Of a stretch of 56,845 nt of DNA, positions 48,448 through 56,845 are shown one piece after another. The stretch spans positions 1 through 56,845 of the forward strand of contig JBIIGV010000004.1 in the NCBI GenBank assembly GCA_044236265.1, in the 5' to 3' direction. A program made the position numbers and the translations under genes. Position 1 is the stretch's first letter; every line of letters begins with the position of its first letter. The stretch comes from Oligoflexales bacterium (lineage in GTDB: Bacteria; Bdellovibrionota_B; Oligoflexia; Oligoflexales; RGVZ01). The notes under the pieces are model-generated. The model had not been told where the DNA came from. It did not search any database and worked only from the letters and a program-made list of their open reading frames with translations.

Positions 48448-50306
48448 ATTCTACGGTGCGCACAAAACTAACGTCGTTACCGAGAAGCCCCGGTGTCTAC
48501 TTCATGAAAGGATCGAAGGGGCAGGTTCTTTATGTTGGCAAGGCCAAGGATTTAAAATCACGTGTTAGCAGTTACTTCACCGATAGCAAGGATCACTCCC
48601 CGAAGACTCGGTCTCTCGTGCGGGAAATACAAGATTTTGAAGTAATGCTGGTAAAGACTGAAGTCGATGCGCTCCTTCTTGAACGCACGCTTATCAAACA
48701 CCATCAGCCGCCATTCAACATCCTGCTGCGCGATGACAAGGAGTATCCTTATATTCGAATCGACTTTTCCGTGGACTGGCCGCGCCTCGAAATCGTGCGA
48801 CGACGCCAAGATGATAAATCAGAGTACTTTGGCCCATTCAGCGCGGCTGGAAGCTTACGTACAAGCCTTGAAGCGATTAAACGCGTGTTCCCATTGATTC
48901 GCTGTAACCAATGGGAGTTTGAACACGCCAAGCGCGTCTGTAACTATTATCACATGAAAATGTGCCTCGGACCATGCGTTCTACCGGTTGAAAAAGAAAC
49001 CTACAAATCCATGCTACGCGACGCGATGGCGCTCCTCCATGGCAAAAACGACGAGGTCGCAAAAACACTACAAAGTAAAATGATCACTGCATCTGAACGC
49101 GAGCAGTATGAGCTAGCGGCATCATACCGCGACCAGATCAAGGCAATTGAGATTTTGTCGGAAAAGCAAACGGTCATTTTGGATCCCGACATCGAAGGAG
49201 ACGTAATCAGTCTGAAAGAAAGCGCCGACATGATCGCTATTCATGTGGCGATGATTCGATCGGGTCGCCTCATTGGAGGCGATTCATTCACATTCCCGGT
49301 GAATGGCTTGGAAGATCCGTCAGAGGCGCTGCCTCAGTTCATGCTTCAATACTACGACGGACGATACCTACCGGCACGTATCATCATTTCGTCAGTCGTT
49401 GACCAAATGGATGATATCGCTAAAGCCATAACCCCTGAAGGCAGTCATCAACCTGAAATCAGGTCGTTGAAGAATCTACGCGCCCCGTGGCCTGATCTTG
49501 CCACAATTGCAGAGAAAAACGCTCAATACGCGCATGATGAGGCTGTACGAAATCTGGATCGACGACGATCCTCCCTTGAAGCTCTGCAGACCACCCTGGG
49601 TTTAGAGCGAACTCCTAGACGCATGGAATGTATCGATATCAGCAACCTTCAGGGTACAGCCATCGTGGCCTCGAATGTTTGCTTCATGGATGGACACCCT
49701 GACAAAAGCCTTTACCGCATTTACAACATAGAGTCCGTCCAAGGCGCACCCGATGACTTTGCATCCATTCGCGAGGTCGTGCGACGCCGTGTTGAGCGCG
49801 GATTACGCGAGGGAGATTTGCCAGATTTGTTAGTCATAGACGGAGGACGTGGACAACTCGAGAGCGCCATGACATCCATTGCCGAGTTTCCTGGACTGCA
49901 GCTGCAAGTGGTCTCGCTTGCTAAATCACGCCTGGAGAATAAGCGTGGAAAGAGCGGCGCTGTATCAACATCCGCACCAAGACATTCTTTGGAACGAGTC
50001 TTCAAACCTGGCCATGACACACCGATACCCTTGGTTCCAGGTTCACCGGCCTTCCGTCTTATGACACAAATCAGGGATGAAGCTCACCGATTTGCCATCA
50101 CCAAACATCGTCGAAAACGCGGAAACCTGGCAAAAAAATCTCTTCTCGAGGAGATCGAAGGTGTAGGTCCCAAAACTCGTGAAGCCCTGCTAAAGCAATT
50201 CGGAAGTATTGATGCTATCGCCTCTGCTAGCGTTGAAGCGCTTATGCAAATTAAAGGTATAAACGACGACTTGGCGAGAAAGGTTCTCGCCAAGTTATCA
50301 AAATAA
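48444..50306 (+). CDS. uvrC: Excinuclease ABC subunit C
   Basis: GIY-YIG (PGVY...YVGKAK), UVR domain, ECIDISN, IDGGRGQL, RDEAHRFA and HhH; TTG start overlaps the uvrB stop. Confidence 0.96.
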
Positions 50307-50320
50307 TCTAAATTTTTATT

Positions 50321-51724
50321 TCAAGATGTTTTCTTATTTCCGCGCCACTCGGCTCTGATCTTGGCACCCTCGGGCGGAGCGGCCGTAAATGTCAGTGATC
50401 CCGTACTTACATCGTACTTGTAGTTCGAAGGACTAACCAAGGCACCGTTGACATAGACTTTCAAGTAACGAGTGTCGGCGTTGGGGGCGATATTAAAAAC
50501 CGTCTTAAGAGGCGTATTTGCCTTGTAGCTGACAACAACCGTACTGTTATCTGCTGGGCGCGTTGAGAAAACTGCTTTTCTGTTATTTGGATCATATGTC
50601 ACGCCGCTGGCGGCCTGACCGTTAACTGTCGCAGCAAGCTGACCATCCGCGGGCTCCTCAGGCATATCAAAAGAGCTAGCGACAACGCCAGACGCGCCAC
50701 TGACATAAGTCACAGCGATCGCAGCCCCAACTGGGGGATTGGTTGTGAAGTGAACGTTGCGACCCGTGAGAACGTAAGCACTCCATGGCTGACCGTTGAC
50801 AGTCATACGGAAAGTCCCAGCATCAGGAGTCGATTTGAGTACAAAATCTGCTTTGAGAATTTGTGCGACATCCCGAGAAATTCTGGTCAGAGTTGTCGAG
50901 TAGTCGTTGTCACAGATCGATCCCCATGTGCCACCAGCTCTTTGGACAACATCAGCAATTTTACTTGCCTGTTTTAACGCTGTCGAACACTGACCTTGGG
51001 ATTGTGATGGATGCCAGAAAATACCGTAGACCTTGGCATCGGTCCCTACTTTGCGAATCGACGATAAATAGTTTGTCAGATAGGAGCCATCAAGATCTGG
51101 AGAGCCCGCACAACCGTAACCGCGCTCTACGTCGATGTGACAGTTATCTTCATCTGTAAGAATTAGAACTGCAACGGTCGAGTCTGGACGAATCCATGTA
51201 GTTCCACCGTATTTACATTTGAGGGCATCCACTGCTGCTAAGATTGGGCGCTCAGTACCGGTACCACTCGTGCCAGCTGCACGCACTAGACGTTGGAAAC
51301 GGTCTTCAGGATTGAGATCCGTCTTCATAATGGGCGTATTTACGCAGCGACCTAAAAATCCAAGATTGTCTTCAGGATCTGTTGTAGTCACCAAAACTCG
51401 CCAATCAGAATCCCGGATCGCAGAGAGAAGAGGAGCCATGCGGCTGGAGAGGTTCGCTTGCTCTTCAGCCATCGAACCACTGTTGTCGACTACAACTACG
51501 ATATCAACGATACCTTTTTGTGTGACGCTATAATTTTCGTTACCATTTGATCCAGAAGATCCTTGTTTAAATTGAGTTTGGCGAACCTCGCGCACCACTT
51601 GGCTTAAATCAAGAGTTTGCAGAGGCGGCAGTGCTGCAGCTCGAGTGGACTCTCCGGAGAAGTCACTCGTCTTACATGCCGAGGCAATAAGGCCAATTAA
51701 CGCAAGATGGCTAACAAGTTTCAT
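50321..51724 (-). CDS. vWA (MIDAS) domain lipoprotein with three C-terminal beta-sandwich repeats
   Basis: ASAC lipobox, DIVVVVDNSGSM (DxSxS), LTDEDNC, GSICDNDY and three VNG-containing repeats. Confidence 0.8.
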   Translation of the reverse strand: MKLVSHLALIGLIASACKTSDFSGESTRAAALPPLQTLDLSQVVREVRQTQFKQGSSGSNGNENYSVTQKGIVDIVVVVDNSGSMAEEQANLSSRMAPLLSAIRDSDWRVLVTTTDPEDNLGFLGRCVNTPIMKTDLNPEDRFQRLVRAAGTSGTGTERPILAAVDALKCKYGGTTWIRPDSTVAVLILTDEDNCHIDVERGYGCAGSPDLDGSYLTNYLSSIRKVGTDAKVYGIFWHPSQSQGQCSTALKQASKIADVVQRAGGTWGSICDNDYSTTLTRISRDVAQILKADFVLKSTPDAGTFRMTVNGQPWSAYVLTGRNVHFTTNPPVGAAIAVTYVSGASGVVASSFDMPEEPADGQLAATVNGQAASGVTYDPNNRKAVFSTRPADNSTVVVSYKANTPLKTVFNIAPNADTRYLKVYVNGALVSPSNYKYDVSTGSLTFTAAPPEGAKIRAEWRGNKKTS

Positions 51725-51781
51725 AGGCGCATTCCTCTAAATCAAGATCTACTTGCAAAACTGCACTCTTAAGTGGGCGTA

Positions 51782-51809
51782 GTATCGGCATTTTTACTCT
51801 TAAACTTTA
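51782..51809 (-). promoter_or_regulatory. Sigma28 (FliA)-type promoter
   Basis: Minus strand TAAAGTTT-N12-GCCGATAC (consensus TAAAGTTT-N11-GCCGATAA), about 58 nt upstream of the vWA gene. Confidence 0.65.
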
Positions 51810-51907
51810 GTGTCTTAGAACAGGGGTAAATTAATCTTGACAATTCAGGTAGTTGCAACTAGCTAAGACCTCTCAATAACCCTAGTCTCTTACGCTTGAG
51901 GTATTTC

Positions 51908-53110
51908 ATGGCCGACTGGACCAAATCATTTTGGATGGTGGTTCCACCGATTACAGGAAAAGTGGAGGCTCCCAAAGATGGCGGCATTGCTGTTATTGGA
52001 TCAGGTCTTTCTGGCGCAAGCGTAGCGTACTGGCTCTTGGAAAGTGGTCTTGATGACGTGACCATTTTAGATTTCGAACAAGAAAAGGCGGCCACGTATC
52101 GTAATTGCGGTCACATTCTTTATGGCACCGTGGAAAGCATGATGGCACTCACCGCGCTCCATGGTGAGCAGGTCGCTCGCGAAATTTGGGGTTACTCAAT
52201 AGATATCTGCCATGAAGTAAGGGACACGATTAAGCGTCTCAATATGGATGCGGACTACCGACAAGATGGTTACATGGTGATTGCCATTGACGACGTCGAA
52301 GACAGAGAGATTAAAGAGTCCATCGAATTACTGCATCGCAATGGTTTTGATAGCCGTTACGTTCCACAAGCAGAAGTCGAGGCCATGGGGTTTAAGAATG
52401 TCCGTGGTGCCCGCTATGAACCAGGAAGTGCGCAGGCCCACCCTGTTAAATTCAGAAATGGGCTGATTCAAAACGCTCTTGATCGCGGTGCGCGGTATTT
52501 CTCGGGCGTCGCAGTTTCAAGTGTCGAGGAAGTTGGAGATTTCGTTGAGGTAAAAAGTCAGTTTGGTACGCACAAATACGATGCTGTGGTCATTGCAGCG
52601 AATGCCTATTCGCCGCTCTTGTCACGATTTTTTGCCGAGCGCAAATTGGTGGATCCTTTCAAAGGACAGATCATCACCTCAAAGCCACTCAAGCATCAGT
52701 TTAAGGTCAAGTATCCTCATAGTTTTGACCACGGCTACGAGTACGCATTAATTTCGGAGGACAATCGTTTAATCATCGGCGGCTGGCGCAACAACACCCC
52801 AGGCGGCGAGATTGGTACATACGACGTCCTGCCAAATCCAACTGTTGAAAAGGGTCTTCAGGATTTTGTTCAACATCATTATGACATCAAAGAAAAAATC
52901 GAATGGGAGTTCAGTTGGGCTGGCATCATGGCGGCCTCAAAAACTGGATTTCCATTTATCGGACCTACAACTAGCCCACGCGTTTACACCTGTGCAGGTT
53001 ACACAGGACACGGGTTCAGTTGGGCACATGGCAGCGCCAAGCTGCTTGCTGACATCATGATGGGCAACCCCATCCCTGCGGTCGCGAAGTATTTCAATCC
53101 GAAAACTTGA
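51908..53110 (+). CDS. FAD-dependent oxidoreductase (DAO/PuuB-like)
   Basis: VIGSGLSGASVA, ATYRNCG, HPVKF, VIAANAY, WAGIM and GYTGHG. Confidence 0.85.
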   Translation: MADWTKSFWMVVPPITGKVEAPKDGGIAVIGSGLSGASVAYWLLESGLDDVTILDFEQEKAATYRNCGHILYGTVESMMALTALHGEQVAREIWGYSIDICHEVRDTIKRLNMDADYRQDGYMVIAIDDVEDREIKESIELLHRNGFDSRYVPQAEVEAMGFKNVRGARYEPGSAQAHPVKFRNGLIQNALDRGARYFSGVAVSSVEEVGDFVEVKSQFGTHKYDAVVIAANAYSPLLSRFFAERKLVDPFKGQIITSKPLKHQFKVKYPHSFDHGYEYALISEDNRLIIGGWRNNTPGGEIGTYDVLPNPTVEKGLQDFVQHHYDIKEKIEWEFSWAGIMAASKTGFPFIGPTTSPRVYTCAGYTGHGFSWAHGSAKLLADIMMGNPIPAVAKYFNPKT

Positions 53111-53112
53111 GA

Positions 53113-54990
53113 CTAACCGTTCATTTGAGCGGCCATGTTCATTAGAGGAACTTCAGATAGTCGGTGTGCAAGCACCGGCTCCTGCTGCTCTACCTCTGCA
53201 CGTAGCATCATAAATCGTGGTATTGCTTTATTCATCCAGCGTTCTGCAATCCAGGTGCGCGTAGAATCGATCGCTGCATCGGCTATCAGACTCTCGGCTA
53301 TACAAATTGCAGACTTCATCTCAGTGACTCGTTCTGCGTGAAGAAGAGCCGGTCGAAGGTTCTCAAATTTCACCAGGTCCTTGGTGATGACTTGAATCAT
53401 CTTGCGGATGTTCATCGGGTTCACATCACCCATGGATGCTTTCATGTTAGCCTTTACCAGCTGGAACATGATGTTCACCATCGTCCCGTTGAACTCTTTT
53501 TTGAGGTTTGCAAGTTTTCTGCGGAGTGGGTCGCGCTGAGAAATTTGTGCAAGCTGGGAGCCAAGCGCACTTTCAATAAAGTTAGTCGGTCGGCGGATGA
53601 TGTCTTTCATCGTGTCTTTGATACACATCAGTGCCTGAATCTGACTGGTGCCTTCATAAACAGGGATAATCAAGCTCTCACGCAACCACCATTCAGGCTG
53701 GTATTCTTTTGTGAACCCATAGCCGCCGTGCATCTGTAAACACTGCCGCGCATTGTAAAACGCCTGCTCTGCGGCGTAGTACTTGACCAGTGGAGTCCAG
53801 CGCCGAAGCCGACGCTCATACTTCTTCTTGATGTCCTTGATACGGTCCTTCGCCTCCTGCGTCAGGGACGCGTCATCCAGAAGCTTGCGACTTGCGGTTT
53901 GATAGATGGCTAGAGCATTCGCAGCCTGATAGCACAACGAACGAGCTGCATGGGTGGAAACTTCCAGGTCTAGAAGTTTTTCTGCAAGCAATTCATGTTG
54001 AGCAATCGGTCGGCCCCAAGCCTGACGCTGAGATGTATACTCTTTGGCAAGTCTTAATACAGACTCCATCACTCCGACGCCCTGAATTGCCACTCCGACA
54101 CGAGCCTCGTTCATCAGATGAAGCATATACTGAAAGCCAGCACCTTCCTCGCCGATAAGTTCTGCCTTGGAGCCGTCATATTTCAACTCACAGGTTGGCG
54201 AGCCATGAAGACCCACCTTTTCCTCAATCTTGGTCACTTCATAGTTGTTGGATCCATCGTCATTTTTGCGAAGACACACGTATAGATTAAGGTTTTGAAG
54301 TCCCTTAGCACCCTTCTCGCCTTTCGCAAGGACAAGCGAAACCTGACCACAGCCGTTCGAGATAAATCTCTTGGACCCATAGAGCCGCCAAGATCCGTCA
54401 GCCTGTTTCTCCCCGTAAGTTCTAATAGCGGCCAAGTCCGAGCCGGCATCCGGCTCAGTGAGCGCCATGTTACCGCTCCACTCACCTGAGGCAATGCGCG
54501 GGATGATAGCCAGTTTTTGTTCTTCGGATCCGAACTCATCAATGACCCGGGCCACTGGGGCGTACCAAGTAATATTGATATAGGTGGAAGGACAGGCACG
54601 GTAGAGCATTTCCACGGCAGGGAGCTCTGCGGCGATCGGCCCCGGGAGCCCGCCAAAACGGCTTGCTATGCCCATTCCAGCGATACCCATGTCCTTCAAA
54701 ACCTGGATATTCTCACTGATAGCCTGGGGGAAATGGACCTCTCCGTTTTTAAGAGTCAGATCCTGGGTCGCTACCTTATGCTGGTTCGCGGCGATCGTCG
54801 TTCCGACAACCTCACCTAATTGGGTGAGCAGATCTTTAAAGGATTTTTTGTACTCGTCTTTGCTTGCAACGCCTAGAGCCTCACGGTCTTCAGGTAGAGT
54901 CATATCAAACAGGACGTCCCACTCGATCTTATTCTCAAAGTGAAAATCCAGATCCTGGTTATCGGTAAAGAAATTGTCCTTCTTTTGCAT
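53113..54990 (-). CDS. Acyl-CoA dehydrogenase family protein
   Basis: MALTEPDAGSDL, GSKRFISNG, KVGLHGSPTC, MNEAR, QMHGGYGF and YEGTSQIQ. Confidence 0.92.
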   Translation of the reverse strand: MQKKDNFFTDNQDLDFHFENKIEWDVLFDMTLPEDREALGVASKDEYKKSFKDLLTQLGEVVGTTIAANQHKVATQDLTLKNGEVHFPQAISENIQVLKDMGIAGMGIASRFGGLPGPIAAELPAVEMLYRACPSTYINITWYAPVARVIDEFGSEEQKLAIIPRIASGEWSGNMALTEPDAGSDLAAIRTYGEKQADGSWRLYGSKRFISNGCGQVSLVLAKGEKGAKGLQNLNLYVCLRKNDDGSNNYEVTKIEEKVGLHGSPTCELKYDGSKAELIGEEGAGFQYMLHLMNEARVGVAIQGVGVMESVLRLAKEYTSQRQAWGRPIAQHELLAEKLLDLEVSTHAARSLCYQAANALAIYQTASRKLLDDASLTQEAKDRIKDIKKKYERRLRRWTPLVKYYAAEQAFYNARQCLQMHGGYGFTKEYQPEWWLRESLIIPVYEGTSQIQALMCIKDTMKDIIRRPTNFIESALGSQLAQISQRDPLRRKLANLKKEFNGTMVNIMFQLVKANMKASMGDVNPMNIRKMIQVITKDLVKFENLRPALLHAERVTEMKSAICIAESLIADAAIDSTRTWIAERWMNKAIPRFMMLRAEVEQQEPVLAHRLSEVPLMNMAAQMNG

Positions 54991-55101
54991 GGGAGCTCCT
55001 GCCCACGGCGGGGCTAAATGTGCTAAAAACCAGATATTTTATTCTCGAAACGAACCCTAAAATTTAATAGACTCTTAACACTGTTCCAAGGAGAAAACGT
55101 T

Positions 55102-55722
55102 GTGCGCGCTTATGTATTGCGAATCATGCCCATTTTTTTTGCGCTAGGTTGCCAGCCAGCCGTAGCTCAGGACGACCCTACCCTAAATTATAGGGAGAAA
55201 TGCAGGCGCATCGCAAGTGGAGCCTATGCAGACGCCGTTGGCGACAAGTATCAGGCAGAGGATGTGATTATTCTCGCAGAAAATGCCAGAAAAAAGTCCA
55301 AGGCCATCATTGAGAACCATGAAGCTAAACTGCGACTTGTCAATAAACAGCTACAATCAAACGACTACGACGCAAAACTCCTCGAAGAACGGGACACTAT
55401 TTCGTCGCAAATCAAACTCTTTCACGAGCAACTGCTTACAAGTGAAGGCCAGCTCGAGTCAGCCCGCAAAAAGCTGGGATCTGTTAAAAAACATCATGAT
55501 TCACTGAAACTAAAAGTTGAGAAGATTTTTACAGTGACATTCTCGGAGGATCCCGACGGCGGACCTCGAAAAATTTTCAGTACCATTGATTGGAAAAGTC
55601 CATGTCCCAAATATCGAAGCCTTTGCCCGTTACCACCGGCGGACGCAAAGGTCTTGGCATCTCTACTCGATGACATTAATGACCAAGACTTATCATGCTT
55701 CAAATATTCAAAGCTTAAGTGA
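55102..55722 (+). CDS. Hypothetical exported coiled-coil protein
   Basis: SD AAGGAG, signal peptide, long heptad region and Cys-containing C-terminus (CPKYRSLCP). Confidence 0.65.
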   Translation: MRAYVLRIMPIFFALGCQPAVAQDDPTLNYREKCRRIASGAYADAVGDKYQAEDVIILAENARKKSKAIIENHEAKLRLVNKQLQSNDYDAKLLEERDTISSQIKLFHEQLLTSEGQLESARKKLGSVKKHHDSLKLKVEKIFTVTFSEDPDGGPRKIFSTIDWKSPCPKYRSLCPLPPADAKVLASLLDDINDQDLSCFKYSKLK

Positions 55723-55748
55723 AAAGACTCATTTGAAAGGAGTTGTTT

Positions 55749-56845
55749 ATGAAATTTTCGATCTTAAAATTGATGATGAGCGCTACTATTTTGGCGGCAT
55801 CATTAACCGCATCAGCTGGGGTACCAGTATGGCAGTCAAAAGTTTCTCCGTGGCTACTGAATCAGTACAAGCAAAAAAGCCTTAACGAAACTTCGCAAAC
55901 AGTCTTGATCTACTTGAAAGACGAAGCGAGTTTCGCTGCTGTGAACCAATCGGCAGAGCGCGCAGAGCGCATTAAGGCCGTTTTCAGCGCTCTGGTAGAT
56001 ACGTCAACAACATCTCAAGCAGATCTCCTCAAGTGGCTATCTTCCGAAAAAATACCCGCGCGATCCTATTATGTCAGCAACATGATCGCTGCAGACGGAA
56101 TCACCCAGGCTCAACTTGAAGTCTTGGCTAAACGCGAGGACGTTCTTAGAATCGTTGGAAATCCAGAAATTAAGAACATCATGCCGTCAACAACGTTCAA
56201 GTCATTTGATGAACCAAAAGGCCCTGGAGCAAATGTCACCCGCTTTGGCGCCACAAGAGTTTGGGACGAGTTCAAAATTCGCGGCGAGAACATCGTCATT
56301 GCTGGTCAAGACACTGGCGTGCGTTGGGACCATAAAGCACTGCAACCTCACTACCGCGGTTGGAACGGAACAACAGCGGATCACACCTACTCTTGGCATG
56401 ATGCCGTTCATCGCAGCATCGGTGGAAGTTCATCGTGTGGTTACAATGTGACCGCTCCTTGTGACGATCATGATCACGGAACACACACCATTGGCACGGT
56501 GGTCGGCGACGACAATCAAGGCAACCAAATCGGCGTGGCCCCTGGGGCAAAATGGGTCGCATGCCGGAACATGGACGCGGGCATGGGTAACCCGGAAATG
56601 TACACTGAATGTTTTCAATGGTTCCTTGCGCCATGGCCCCAAAATGGCGACCCTGTGAGAGATGCACGCCCTGACATGGCTCCTCACGTGATCAACAACA
56701 GCTGGGGCTGCCCACGCAGTGAGGGCTGCGAAGGTGGCGAGTTCGAGCGAATCTTGACGGCTTTGCGCGCAGCAGGAATCTTTGTTGTCGTGTCTGCAGG
56801 CAATGAAGGCAGCGGATGCTCAACAATTAAGGATGGTCCGGCATT
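55749..56845 (+). CDS. S8 subtilase, bacillopeptidase F-like (partial, runs off the window)
   Basis: Not in the ORF track because it has no stop. Hand translation from ATG 55749 (SD AAGGAG) gives a signal peptide, a propeptide, VIAGQDTGV (Asp), HGTHTIGTVVG (His), GVAPGAKW, NNSWG and SAGN. Confidence 0.9.
   Translation, partial: MKFSILKLMMSATILAASLTASAGVPVWQSKVSPWLLNQYKQKSLNETSQTVLIYLKDEASFAAVNQSAERAERIKAVFSALVDTSTTSQADLLKWLSSEKIPARSYYVSNMIAADGITQAQLEVLAKREDVLRIVGNPEIKNIMPSTTFKSFDEPKGPGANVTRFGATRVWDEFKIRGENIVIAGQDTGVRWDHKALQPHYRGWNGTTADHTYSWHDAVHRSIGGSSSCGYNVTAPCDDHDHGTHTIGTVVGDDNQGNQIGVAPGAKWVACRNMDAGMGNPEMYTECFQWFLAPWPQNGDPVRDARPDMAPHVINNSWGCPRSEGCEGGEFERILTALRAAGIFVVVSAGNEGSGCSTIKDGPA

Overview
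This is a gene-dense chromosomal window with about 40 CDSs. I saw no rRNA, tRNA, CRISPR array or mobile element. The gene content (many secreted lipoprotein hydrolases, a TIGR02266-like PilZ protein, a vWA lipoprotein, a transglutaminase-elicitor homologue and alternative complex III) suggests a Bdellovibrionota/Oligoflexia-like bacterium; this is an inference. Housekeeping genes include rnc-der, mltG, hflX, uvrBC, selO and the actABCDEF operon. The standout is a purine (urate) catabolism system: uraH-puuD (10480-12021) plus a 1577-aa four-domain fusion (17799-22532, minus strand). The fusion joins malate synthase, OHCU decarboxylase, a beta-lactamase-family serine hydrolase and allantoicase. 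The serine hydrolase lies between the domain that makes allantoin and the domain that consumes allantoate, and no AllB or PuuE allantoinase is present in the window, so it is a candidate third, non-homologous class of allantoinase. I also found two sigma54-type promoters sharing an upstream motif, a FliA-type promoter ahead of a MIDAS adhesin, an M48 pseudo-peptidase and a sensor with no output domain. Family assignments come from motif recognition only; no searches were run.
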